From contig NW_005434655.1 in assembly GCF_000315625.1 (NCBI RefSeq), forward strand, positions 552,528-616,527: a DNA stretch of 64,000 nucleotides, read 5' to 3'. This document shows, one piece after another, positions 50,101 through 62,224 of the stretch (position 1 is its first letter; each line of letters starts with the position of its first letter). Below the pieces are notes generated by a model. The model did no database searches. It was not told the origin of the DNA and worked only from the letters and a program-made list of their open reading frames with translations. The translations under genes were made by a program, and so were the position numbers. The stretch comes from Guillardia theta CCMP2712 (lineage: Eukaryota > Protista > Cryptophyta).

Positions 50101-50868
50101 CGTCTGCCTGACAGCCGACATCATGCTGCTCCCAACGCGCTGCAATCACGAGTGAGAAAGGGAACATCTCTTGCCGTCCGGCTCACCTTGACATCCTTTT
50201 TCACACTTGCACGGAGGGGAGTCTTCTGTGTTGGCCTTCATCTGAACAAGAGAACTTGTCTGGACATCCAATCCCTCGCTTTCAACACGCCTTCTCAGAG
50301 CAGGAGCATTCCACTGCATGCAGCTGTCATCATCGTCGAGCTTGTTCTCGCTGGTGGCAGCTGAAGCAAAGTCTCCTGCCTCGCCAAAGGACTCAGAGTG
50401 CTCGACAACTCGTTGGAAGCGAGATTGTTCGAACTGCTGATAATCGGCGGAGTCTACGACGGGATTGCCATCGAGCAGTATGGACTTGAGATTCTGAAGT
50501 GCACCGAGGCCCACCAAATCCTCTAGCCGCTCGACACTGTTCGAGTTGAGGTCCAACACTTCCAGGCTTGCCAATCCTTCGAGGTTTGCGCATGTGATCT
50601 GGTTGTTCGAAGCATACAACTCTTTCAGGTGTATCAGAGAACACAAGTTGTTCAGGACCTGCAACCAACATGCTCACTCAACCGAGAAGCATGTGGGATC
50701 GCTCACCAGGATCTTGTTGGACGACACGTTCAGCCTCGTCAAGCACGTCAAGGGCTCCAGGTTCTCGATCTTGACTAACTCATTGCTTGAAAGGTTGAGG
50801 ACCTTGAGGTCTGGATAACTTGCGGAGATCTCCCTCACAAGCTCCTTGGAGATCGTCTTGATAGGCAT
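47175..50868 (-). CDS. SDS22-type LRR + CCHCR1/HCR-like coiled-coil protein
   Basis: N-terminal LKVLNLSSNELVKIENLEPLTCLTRLNVSSNKI…LDGNPV. The coiled coil has motifs WRSQVFAVLLELKARE, QRICFASRRIAVAQGL and ERNAAMATLRRMQR resembling CCHCR1. Confidence 0.7.
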
Positions 50869-51499
50869 CGTCCTCCCACTACGACGCTTTAGACGGTAGA
50901 ACTGCACACATCTGTTGGAACTCTCAGTCTCTACCCAGGAAACCTCCTCCCATGCCCGTCCAACCTCTTTCATTCCGCTCCACTCACCACCAACCACCAT
51001 CACCACCACTACCCTTCTCTTCCTCCCTCCTCCCTCCCTCCCTCCCTCTCCCATTCATGCTCTATTCGTTCCCGCCCTCCCACTGGATTCTTGACAACGA
51101 TGTCCTTAATTGACCCCTGTTCACTACACATGAGCTAGTTTGTCTGTAGCCATCGCGTTCCTGCCTCTTCTTCTCCCTTAGCGTCTTGTTAGGGTCACTG
51201 ATCGCATCGGGGTCCTCCAATGGCGATTCTTCCTGCTCACTCATCACCTCGTCCCCTCTGATATCTTTCTCCCAATCTTCCTCTTCTCTTCCTCCCCTTC
51301 TTCTCTTCCTCCCCTTCTTCTTCCCTCCTTCCTACTCTTGTCGTCTTCTTCTCTCCTTCTTCCCCTCTCTGCCCTCCTCGCCATCGTCTCCTCCTTTCCT
51401 TCCGCCATCCCCACTTGGAAACAAGCTGGTGAATGGCTCCATGGCGCGCACAAGGCGAATAAATTCGATTCAAATCAATTTGAGAACTTGTCCTCCACG

Positions 51500-51680
51500 A
51501 TCCGGTGACTGGCGGGCCGCCGGCCGGGCAGGCGTGGCCGGCACTGCCGCTTAGTCGGGCACGGTGAACTCCCGAGTCCGTGACCTGAGCTTGCCATGAT
51601 AGTACAGTTGGAAACTGAGACCTCTGACTCACTTGCAACCCGGCGGCGTCACGGCTCGCGGCTCAGATCATCGGATGATG
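51500..51680. promoter_or_regulatory. short CCGG/GTGAC island at the DHHC 3' end
   Basis: ccggtgactggcgggccgccggccggg…gtgacctgag…tgactcac. It begins about 45 nt past the DHHC stop. Confidence 0.5.
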
Positions 51681-51724
51681 ATTACTTTACATGCACTTTA
51701 ATCCTCAATCACATTTAGTTCGGA

Positions 51725-52859
51725 TCAGTTCGCAAGTTTTACAGGCAAAGGACGCAGCTTTCCCAGCTTCTTCTCCTTTGGCAAATTTGACGCAGCTTGA
51801 CTCTCCTCCTCGTCTCGGGCCGTTTCCTCTTCCGAGGCTACCGTCGGACTTAACTTCGCGGGCAGAGATTGTCGTCTGTTGCCTTCCCCTTCCAGCCCAC
51901 TCCCTCTGTTCCTCTCCGTCGGCAGCTCGTAACCCTTCTGATCAATCACAAAGTCAGCATCGCGCTCAGGACTATCCGACAACACATCGCAACAAGCTCA
52001 CCGCCTGGTTCTCTGCCGCTTGCATCTCAGCGAGATCCCAAGAAGTTTCCTCGACTTCTTGGATCTTGGGGATTTGATTGGACTTCTCGCTGACAGGCAC
52101 GATCTTATTTTTGGCTTCGCGTAAGTTCTTTTGCCTTGTCTTCTTGTCCCTCCGACTGAGAATGTAATCGTACGTAGACATCCCGGTGTACTGGAGATAG
52201 ATGTGGAACAGAACCAGCTGCAGCAGCAGGATGCATGCAATCGCCGCTGCAACGAATGAAATGAAAACCAAGACGAGAAGTCCAGTGTGCGAAGACCCTC
52301 GGAAGTACTGCAAAGACTCATAAAAGTAGGCTTTTGAGCTCCTTTCGTCCCACAATCTCTTCCAAATTACAAAACTCCAAACCGAATGAAGGAGAGTGAA
52401 AAGAAAAGTTATGCATATCAGCATAAAGAAAGGAGGGTAGTTGACAGACCCCACACAATTATTGAGCCACTTGCAGTGATGATCAAAATTCCTTATGCAT
52501 TTGTTGCAGAGTCGGCAATGCTTGCTCCTCTTGTGAACCTTGCACTTGCAGTAACTGCAATAGAGCAAATCTCCCGTTGGAACGTCTCTTGGCGTTGCTT
52601 GTAGCTTCTCATCAATAGTTCTGTCCACGGGATTGAGAGCAGATGTTCTGGCAGCTAATAAGACAACAGCAAGTAGCAATAAAGCATAAACAATAGTAAT
52701 TGCTATCAAACGTGATTTATCTTCCTCCAAAGGCATCACAACCAGGAAAAACGAGAAAACCATAAATGAAAACATGATCCATGAAAGTAGTTGCAGAGTA
52801 TCAAACGGCCTTTCAAATCCATTGACTCTTTGAAACTCTCCATCGTCGGTTTTAGCCAT
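51725..52859 (-). CDS. DHHC palmitoyltransferase (ZDHHC1/11-like)
   Basis: RVNGFERPF…LQ, CSYCKCKVHKRSKHCRLCNKCIRNFDHHCKWLNNCVGSVNY, FHIYL…GMSTYDYI. One 3' intron. Confidence 0.95.
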
Positions 52860-53559
52860 TCTTGGATTTGATTTTTCAATCAGCAAAGCTTATTACACAC
52901 TAGTCCTTGTCCTCTTAATTCGTTTCAAACATAGTCGAAAGACTTAGATTGAAAACAGCAGTGCCACAGAAACTTTCAAGAGATTACTTGCCTTGCTTGC
53001 CTTGACATAGGTCCAACAGGAAGGCTCAGCTGACTGCGCATCACTGTCGCCGATAGTTGCCACAGCAGCAACCTTACAGAACAGCCCAAGTTTCCAATCG
53101 CGTTGCAAGAATGGAGGTAAGAGTGAGACAAAGTATGTGAGTAAAGGAAAGAGTGAGGTTGAAACCCAAAAGAACAGACAAGAGATGAATAAGTGACGAT
53201 CAGCGCAATACCACCCAAGGTGTCCAGTCTACAGGGGAACCGCCATTGGGCGCCTGTGGATGTAGTTTTAAGATTGTAGAGGGATTAAAACTGTTTTTGT
53301 TTTCTCATAAATTGAGTTTTACAGATTTGACTGACTGATTTGTACTGAATATGCTCTGTTTTCTATCTTCGCTTGTACTCAGGACCCTAGCTTGTAGGTG
53401 GAGGAAATATTCCTCAGCTCTTGAAAAGGGGATATTAAAAGTAAATATCTTCAGAAATAATTGGTATTTAAAACTTTTATTATAATATTTGTAGGAGAAA
53501 TTAATACTTCTGTATGCATATCCTTCAACCTGGTAGTCCTCCTGTAGTACTGTCAAAAC

Positions 53560-54330
53560 AACTTCACCTGCCTCTAAAGTTAACTGACTTGAGCTCGCAA
53601 CGTCTGTAACGGAAAAGCATCCCTGGCCACGGTGGGCCGCGCGGCCGCCGCACCGCCGGGCAGTGCGGCTCCGCCGGGTCGCCGCCAGCCGGTCTGAGCC
53701 GTGCGGGCGGCTCCGAGCGACCGTACCGTACGGTGACCTGATTCGGATGATTGTGATACGGTCCGATCCGAGTCAGTCGTGACAACCGGCCCGACGGGTA
53801 GGACGGTCCGATCGGACGGCCGGCCGGCCGCCGGGCGGCGGGGGCGCGGCCGGGCCGGCCATAGCGTTGCTTTTCCGGCCGGGCGCTCATAGGAAAAATT
53901 GGCAAGATTTTTTTTTTTCGAAGGGCCTGTGGGGTCCCTTCATTTCATGCCATGTGGGAGTACCCTACTTTGAGAAGGCGTGTAGGAGGGTACTCGCTCT
54001 TAGGAAAATCGTTGCTGCGCAGGGCCAGAGAGGGGTAGGGTGATTTGAATTTGGTTGCTTGGACACTTCACCACGCCAAACCAAAGTAAAAGTACGAATT
54101 TTAGAAGTATCTGTGGTACCAACTTAATATTGCAGCGTTTATATGGTACAAAACGAGGGCCAAACTGGTCGGAACTTCGACTTCCGAGAACCCCTCCGTT
54201 TGACTTTCGTTGGGGGGTGGGGTGGGTATGGAGCACCCTCAACTACCCACCTTTGAACCAGTTTGAAACTCTGTGATAGGGGGTAGGGGGTAGCCCCCAT
54301 TTCTCATTCCCCAAGCCCCCTCTCCCTGGA
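53560..54330. promoter_or_regulatory. intergenic module: CCGG island (53560-53890) + GGGGTA tract (53925-54330)
   Basis: Same grammar as the other modules. Confidence 0.55.
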
Positions 54331-54339
54331 CGAGCAAGA

Positions 54340-56146
54340 GGCGATGAAATGGTGCCTTCCTGACTCGCGAGGATGAACCTCGATATTGAGAGACTTCGAA
54401 TCCAACCCAACTGAGATAGGAATGAGATGAAGATCTCATATCATACCTGTAAGAGATGATCGAGCTTCTTTCTCAACTCTGCAGGTTGGGCCAAGGTTTG
54501 AATCATCCATCGTGTACTGGAATATGCACCCTAGGTACAAACAATCCGCGTGTGTACTTGAAAATATTCTTCGAAGACAAGATGAAATTTTCATGAACAG
54601 CTAAGCAACTAATGATAGATTCACCATTGAACAGAATCAACTCTGATTGACCCTTCTTTCAAATTGCCGTAGGTTGAACGTTGAGCTCAAATGCATGATT
54701 TGTGAGAAATTTGTATCAAACTGTACCTTAAGCGACTTTGCTGTCTAGATATGTGTTCTCATGTCATCACTCACTTTCAATTCTTCTAGTCTTACGGTCA
54801 GGATTCATGCACCTCACTTTTCTATAGAGAAAGCTTTACATGCTCAACCGTTCAATGATGCATGAAGAGACGTTTGCACAAAGGATTTCTTTACCTGCCA
54901 GGATAGATGACTTTGAATCATCGTTGTTGATCATGAATCACTATACCCATGATCAAGTGGATTGACAATTGCATTTCCATGTTTCATGACGTTGGATGAT
55001 TTTTCTGCACTGCAACTAAGTTCTTCCTTTGTCATGACATTTCCACAACGCTGCAGAAACCTAGTTAGAAATGAAACAATGTGCAGATGAATCTGATATC
55101 AATAAATGAGATATTCTTCGAATCAATCCTGCCTTGTTTGGACAGTTCGCAATGCTACCATGCAACAGTAGAGTTCTTGTCGCATTTGGCTCTACAGAGG
55201 GGTGCCTTGTTCAACAGAGCAAACACTCGATGATTGTAAACGAACCACAAACACTGTGAATCAATAAACAGAATTCCACATTCAGGTGATCATATCTTTA
55301 TTACAAGCGTTTCAATCTGGGTAAAAGCACAACCGACCTCCTTGTAATCCTGACGACGTTCCATCTTTTGCCTGGCGAAGTTATTTCTGTGTTAACCAAG
55401 AAGCATGTGACATGTAGCCACATCATAAATGCTGTACGGCCTGGAATATCAGCATCTTCAAAGTGCTCGTGTTTGCTGTGACCGTTTCATCTGCTTGGCA
55501 GCGGCTCATTGATGGACACACGATCTGATGCAAGTTCACACCAGTAATATTTAGATGATGCATCATGTGATCAAATGGCATAGACCTTGGTGATTTGCAA
55601 CATGTTTCATCGTTCCAACACATCCTTGAAAACCGGATGAAGAATCCTTCACGAACCACTGGACTTGCTTGTTATCATTCGATAGTGCTGTGGATCATCG
55701 TGGTTTCAAGCAATCGAGCAGCTCACTGCTAAAATGCACTGTATTTCTTGCGAGCCTATCAGCCATCATCGTGAAGACATGTGTTCTTGAGCTCACTGGT
55801 GACTGTACGGCTTTTGAATAATCCAGTCACCGTCGGATGATGATTCCCTGTCGTCTTGTGTGTAATCTCCATCCATCTACTCCAACTCAGTTTCCCTGTC
55901 ATGCATCGCAGATAGCTTAGGGTATTTCACAACCCGGTTTCGATTGCAACGTATCCCTGTGATGGTGATTTTCACTTGTATTATTGATGCTCTTCGCTCA
56001 CCAAACGATTTTTCGTGAGATCCACGCACTGTACGAAGCACTCCTCAAGGATCATCATCTCTACACCTCAGGAATTTCCCATGAGGAGGTTCGGTGAACA
56101 TCTGATGTCTGCACACGCTGCCGCGGGCTCGCTGTTTGCGAGCCAT
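54340..56146 (-). CDS. putative highly fragmented micro-exon gene
   Basis: ATG in ccATGg context at 56146 (MARKQRARGSVCRHQMFTEPPHGKFL). Repeated ~40-nt GTGAG…CAG/TAG introns with ~25-100-nt exons follow. The full frame was not resolved. Confidence 0.4.
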
Positions 56147-56269
56147 GGTTAGGGCAGTACAGAGCGGTGCGACGTGCCCCGAACAAGGGGAGGCTCATGG
56201 CGTGTAGAGAGGTCGTTCAAACTTGTTTATAAAATTGTACCATAAGAAGGCTCTACAAATTAGTTAGTC

Positions 56270-56880
56270 GACTACCCCATGATCTCAGTGCAACTTCTGG
56301 GGTGCAGCCCTACTTCTCTGTTTATACTCAACCATTCCACAATACAGTTTAAAATATCTTATTGGAAAACAACATCAGAGTTATAAACCTGAAATTTGGA
56401 CCCTGTTTGAAATCCTCAAACACGCCACCCCCCAATCCACCTAGAAAGCAGAACAACCCCCTCACGGGAAAACATACAGCCCAAAGCAGAAAAAGCAAAA
56501 TGTCAACGCTATGCGGGCCCGTCGGAGCCTGACTCGCCGCCGACCCCGGCCCCCGCCGCCCCGGGTCAGGCTCCGGGCCGGCCCCCGCCGCGGCGGGCTG
56601 CCACTCAGCAGGCCCGGCCGCTCAGCGGCTGTGCGACTCAACTTCAGTCACGGTCCGATCCGAGCACTACGGTATGCCCGACGGGCCATTATGCTTCAAC
56701 TGAGCCTCGGAGGCTTGGAGCCGGCCGGTGTTCACAATGACTCTGTGAAGTCCCAGTGGAAGCATCATGCTGAGTCGGATAAGAAGTGCCAGGGTACGGG
56801 TGTTAACTTGTGCGGCCCGGTCGGACTTGGCAAGTTGTTCGAGAGAGCAGGGGCGTGGCAGTCACACGGTCCCCGGTAAT
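56270..56880. promoter_or_regulatory. intergenic module: TACCCC/AT tract + CCGG island (56510-56880)
   Basis: Same grammar. It abuts the U2 downstream repeats. Confidence 0.5.
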
Positions 56881-57065
56881 ATCAGTGTCAGTCAGGGTCA
56901 GGATAAAGCTGCCACGATAGCCTCAAAAGGTAGAAGTTGTTGTCTCAGTGAGTTTGTTTGAGAGAGCAGGGGCGTGGCAGTAGTACGGTAGTATTAGTGT
57001 GAGGATGAAACAGGCAGCACTCAGGGTGGTAGAGGTTGTTGTCTTGAGTTTGTTTGAGAGAGCAG
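56830..57065 (-). repeat. ~95-120-bp diverged repeats downstream of the left U2 gene (3 units)
   Basis: TGCTCTCTC(A/G)AACAA motif on the minus strand at about 57064, 56968 and 56849. Confidence 0.8.
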
Positions 57066-57067
57066 AC

Positions 57068-57253
57068 GGTGTGCGTCCAAGGAAGTAGTGCAGCTCCGAG
57101 GACACACGTGAGGCTTCGGGACGCAAGCGCCCGGGTGAAGCCTCCCGCGAGAGAAATTGAGTTAATCTCGAAGGGGCATTGCCCCTGTATCAGAGATTAA
57201 GCTGATAAGAACAGATACTACACTTGATCTTAGCCAAAAGGCCGAGAAGGTAT
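57068..57253 (-). ncRNA. U2: U2 spliceosomal snRNA, copy 1
   Basis: Reverse complement begins ATACCTTCTCGGCCTTTTGGCTAAGATCAAGTGTAGTATCTGTTCTTATCAG. Stems IIa/IIb/IIc, III and IV are present, with stem IV loop GCTGCACTAC. Confidence 0.97.
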
Positions 57254-58174
57254 GAGCTTTCTCCGCCCCCCTCCTCCCCCCTCCTTCCCCTCTCCCTTCT
57301 GCCCCCGTCTCCGATGGCGGGCCCTTGTCCTCTACCCCCACCCCTCGCATCGTCACTCCAAATCACCCCTCCTCCTCCACCTCCTCCCTCTACCCTCCAA
57401 ACTTGTTGGTGGCGGTAGGGGAGGTCACCGCCCGAGGCCTGACGCTCATGGCCGCAGGCTCCTCTGCGTTGATCTGCGGTATGGGGGCAGGCTCGCATGC
57501 TAAAGGGGGAGGAGCGAGGGTCTAGAGCTCCCTCTCAGCATTGCACGCAGCCCTACCTCCTGGTCCAGCCTGAGAGCAGCTTCATGCGCCAGACATAGTT
57601 GGCAGAGCCAGGACATCGGGAGGGGGAGGAGATGGGGGAGGGGGAGGAGAGGAGACATGACAGACATGGCACGTGGTAGTGGGGTTGAAGTGGAGGCTAG
57701 GGGCGGGTCGGCGAGAAGGGAGGTGGACGGTGGGACTGAGGTGTTGGAGGGACGAGAGGTGAACTAGGTACCAAGGAGCAGGGACTTAGAGACCAGTTCC
57801 CTAGTATGATCGTCTCATCTCGTTGGAAGTTGTGCTATGTAGAGCACCAAAACCATGCATTGTCACTAGACTGCATCTCTCAGTACACTGGTATGGACTG
57901 GACAGAATACAATCACAGATAATGTACATTAGGTCACTAACGCGAGTCACAATTAGAAGGGGGAGGGGGAGGAGAGGAGACATGACATACATGGCACGTG
58001 AAAGGGCTGGAGGAGGGGATCGGGAGGGATCAGCTTGATGAGTGGAGCATTGTGGCAGTGGGGTGTTGGAGGGACGAGAGGTGAACTGGGTATCCCACCT
58101 GCCATGGCACTGATGCAGATCTGGAGGTATGGAAGGGAGCAGGGACTCATTGACCTAGCCCAGCAAAAGAATAC

Positions 58175-58414
58175 ACGCGAAGCCAAAAATAAGATCGTTC
58201 CTGTCAGCGAGAAGTCCAATCAAATCCCCAAGATCCAAGAAGTCGAGGAAACTTCTTGGGATCTCAGGCGGTGAGCTTGTTGCGATGTGTTGTCGGATAG
58301 TCCTGAGCGCGATGCTGACTTTGTGATTGATCAGAAGGGTTACGAGCTGCCGACGGAGAGGACCAGAGGGAGTGCGCTGGAAGGGGAAGGCAACAGACGA
58401 CTATCTTTGCCCGC
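58175..58414 (+). pseudogene. inverted duplicate fragment of the DHHC gene 3' region (51858-52122)
   Basis: Near-identical, retains the intron, and has a 25-nt deletion (GCTGAGATGCAAGCGGCAGAGAACC). Confidence 0.92.
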
Positions 58415-58659
58415 CTTCCTTTCAAGTTTGCCACGGTCTGCCACGAAGCCGGGCGGATGGAACAAAAGGCTCACAGGATTCCGCGGCTGGTGTCATTTTG
58501 TCCTCCGAGTTCTTTTGGTAAGTAGTATGTTGACGGTTATCTCCCACCGTGACTCTAAACTATCGGTTAGATATCACACTGCCTCTGCGGCTCACTGCGC
58601 TCAGTGCCACTTATTCAACTCGGAGGCGAGAGACTATCATAGTATCATTGTATGATTAT

Positions 58660-59790
58660 CGGACCCGCCGGCCCGGGGCGGAGGCTGCCCGGGCAGGCAA
58701 CTTCCGGGGCCGACGCGCCGAGTTCGGGACCGTGACGGTCGGACTCGCGGCGCGTCGACTCGTGACTCTCAGCCTGTGAGTGCCGCTGCTGAGTGCGGCG
58801 GTCACCGTGGCACCGTGGCAGACGGTGAGGCCCAGGCCCGCTCAGCAGTGGTGGGCCGCGGCCGCCGACTCGGGCCTGGCTGCCCAGTGGCAGTAGCGAC
58901 TAACTGCCGCACGGCGGCAGTGCGGCCTCTCCGACGAGCAGCCGCCGACCCGGTGCTGGGCCGGCTCGGGGGGGCCGGGCGGCGGTCGGAGGCCGCCGAG
59001 TCAGTGACTCTGCGGCGGGAAAATCATTGAAAGGCTCAGCCGACCAGATGGTACGCGGCGGGGAGCGCGGCACTGCATCACTGATACACTGTGACACGAT
59101 CCGATCACTGGCATCCATGCACTCAGTCCGACGACTCCGGGCCGCACCAGTGCACGGCCGCCGGGCGGCCGAACTTTCAAGACGGTCATTGACAGTGAGG
59201 CCCGGGCACACTGACAGTCACTGAGTGACTCGGGTGACGTTTTTAAAAGGTAATACTAAGTTTATTAGTTTTCCTCCTGGCCCCCTTCTCTCCCCGAGGA
59301 CTGGTACTGAAGATAAGTAGGGATAGAAGCACATAAAATATTTTAGTTGTACCAGTTCCAATAAAAAACTTTTTGGTCCAAGAAAAGGGGTCTGAAAAAC
59401 AGGGCGAAGAGGGGTAGGTGGATGACTCACAAGTAAAGGTACCAAAAGAGGTACTTCCTGGGGAAACCAGAGGGTAGGGGTGGGAATTACCAAGGCTTGC
59501 ATCGGGGGTAGTTTGAAAGCTGAACAAAGGGGGTGAAGATGACTTCAAGACGTGAGAAGGGGTAGTTTGCTAGAGGAGCGATGGGGTGCAGGGGGTAGTA
59601 CGACGCCAGTGGGAGGAATAGAGGCGTGGCGATCGGGGGCGGAGAGGAGGCATACAGAAAGGTTAACTCTGCTTGAACGCAACCTCCAACTCCCCTGCCT
59701 CCCCTGCACCCTCTTACTGGAACCCCCCCCCCCCCTTGCAAGTTTACATTCACAACTACCCGATCTTTCCCTCCCAAGTAAGGTGGAGTT
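58660..59790. promoter_or_regulatory. intergenic module: CCGG/GTGAC island (58660-59240), AT linker, GGGGTA tract (59400-59790)
   Basis: Same grammar. Upstream of the lipase. Confidence 0.55.
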
Positions 59791-59985
59791 GTGAATTGAG
59801 TTCTTTTGAACCTGGAGGCTCTCGCAATACCGGTTGGACCGTACGACGAACGCGCGGCTTTCAGCTGGTTCGTGCTCAGAGACTCATCTTTAGGTTCTGT
59901 ATGTGCTTAATGGCTGAAGTCGGAGATCAATAGGACTGGGTCAGATCTTCTTGCAACCTGCCAAGTCTTTTGATCGGATTTAACA

Positions 59986-61495
59986 ATGACCAACCATCGC
60001 AAAAGGCTTGCCGATGAAGCATGGAATTTCCTAAGAGATAAATGGCATAAGAATTTCAAGAGACATTCCAGCTCGCAGATGTCATGGAATACACACCCTT
60101 TGAACAAGGATGGCAGATGGCATGCTGGAAAGTCCGTTGCTTTGTTCGGATCCTGCTTTGCCCTGTCTTGTAATTTTTCTACTGGCAATATCGGCCGCTA
60201 CTCGAGCTCACATAAACCCAAAAATGATGAAGTGGGCAGTTTTCCCATGAGTGACTTCTTTCAAGTAGCGGCCACGGAGGAAGATGACCCCACATGGAAG
60301 TTGATTCACTGGTACGCCAGATTCGCCAACCTCTGTGGATCGAAGCGGAAGGAAAGAGAAACAGAAGTGCGAGAGCTTTTCGATGAAGAGGCTCGATCCA
60401 ACCGATCAGATGCCGATCAGACTTTCGTCCAAGGCACCAGAGATGTCGATGTATCTGTTGTAAGAGCGCCTGAAACTCAGGGGCTTGCAGTTGTATCCGT
60501 CGACCAGGGTCGGGATAGAGCGGTCATAGCTGTTCGTGGTTCTGTTTGTGCAACGAATTTTGTGCAAGCATGCAAAGTTTGGCCTCGAAAGGAATCGTTG
60601 ATACAAGATGTCAGCTTTCATACAGGTTTCGCAGAGGTTGCAGATGAATTGATGGTTGAAATTCTCCCTAAATTAAACAAGGATATGAGGATCAGTTTGA
60701 CGGGGCACAGTCTGGGAGGTGCGGTTTCAACTATACTTGGAATGAGGCTCAAGACAATGGGTTACAATGTCAATGAGATCGTGATCTTCGGGTCTCCGAA
60801 ATACGTTTGGGGCGACTCTGATAGGTTGGTGAATTCCTCTCTTTCGGTCCTCAGGATTGAGCATCACTTGGATCCTGTATGCTCATTTCCATCACACCCT
60901 GTGATCAGCTTGTCAGGACACGCTCGGGCTTACTTCTCGGAGCTTAATGGGATAGCCAGGGCAGGGTTGGTTCATAAGGGGTCGTTTATCTCGGACAATC
61001 TAGCTTCTGCTGACCAAAATCTATCCTGTGGCGGACATCTTATTTTTGGACCAATTGAACAGCATTGTGAGTGGGTGTCTGCCGATCCCATTCTTGGTTT
61101 CGAAATTCCGCAGTCACAGTCATCTTTGGCATTCGTTGGCTATCAGGTTATTATCTTTGCTTGTCTGCATAACATGGTTGTGACTTGTTGTTTCCAGCAC
61201 GTCGGACAGAAGTTGGTAATAGGCAAGGAATCCCAAGGTATACCGAGTCCGCTCCTGAATGCCAGCAACTGATTTCTGAATAGATATGAACACAGCGCCG
61301 AACATGCAGAGCGGGATGGCTGCACATCGTTTGAACAGCTACATATCGCATACGCATTTGCTCTCTGGCGCTGCAATGCATCCACAAGTTGTGGACCAAG
61401 TTCTCCGGCTAGGCGCAACCGCTGAACAGATGCCACTGGGTGACTATGGAGACATTGGATCCGTCGCACCAATGCCTGGAACCTTCATGTTCTAA
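59986..61495 (+). CDS. class 3 (fungal-type) lipase, alpha/beta hydrolase
   Basis: AVIAVRGS, FHTGF, ISLTGHSLGGAVS nucleophile elbow, IFGSPK, RIEHHLDPV. Last exon contains HRLNSY and ends FMF-TAA. Confidence 0.9.
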
Positions 61496-62224
61496 TTGTG
61501 ATTCGCACTAGTGACCTAATGTACATTATCTGTGATTGTATTCTGTCCAGTCTATACCAGTGTACTGAGAGATGCAGTCTAGTAACAACGCATGGTTTTG
61601 GTGCTCTACATAGCACAACTTCCAACGAGATGAGACGATCATACTAGGGAACTGGTCTCTGAATCCCTGCTCCCTGCCATACCTCCAGATCTGCATCAGT
61701 GCCATGGCAGGTGGGATACGTTCACCTCTCGTCCCTCCAACACCCCACTGCCACAATCCTCCACTCATCAAGCTGATCCCTGCTGATCCCTCCCTCCTCC
61801 AGCCCTTTCACGTGCCATGTCTGTCATGTCTCCTCTCCTCCCCCTTCCCCATCTCCTCCCCCTCCCGACCTCCTGGCTCTGCCAACCATGTCTGGCGCAT
61901 GAAGCTGCTCTGGACCAGGAGGTAGGGCTGCGTGCAATGCTGAGAGGGAGCTCTAGACCCTCGCTCCTTCCCCCTTAGCATGCGAGCCTGCCCTCATACC
62001 GCAGATCAAGGCAGAAGAGCCTGCGGCCATGAGCGTCAGGCCTCGGGCGGTGACCTCCCCTACCGCCACCAACAAGTTTGGAGGGTAGAGGGAGGAGGTG
62101 GAGGAGGAGGGGTGATTTGGAGTGACGATGCGAGGGGTGGGGGTAGAGGACAAGGGCCCGCCATCGGAGACGGGGGCAGAAGGGAGAGGGGAAGGAGGGG
62201 GGAGGAGGGGGGCGGAGAAAGCTC

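Noticed and set aside
58175-58414. Processed retrocopy of DHHC
   Set aside because: It retains the intron and has no poly(A) tail, so it is a DNA-level copy.
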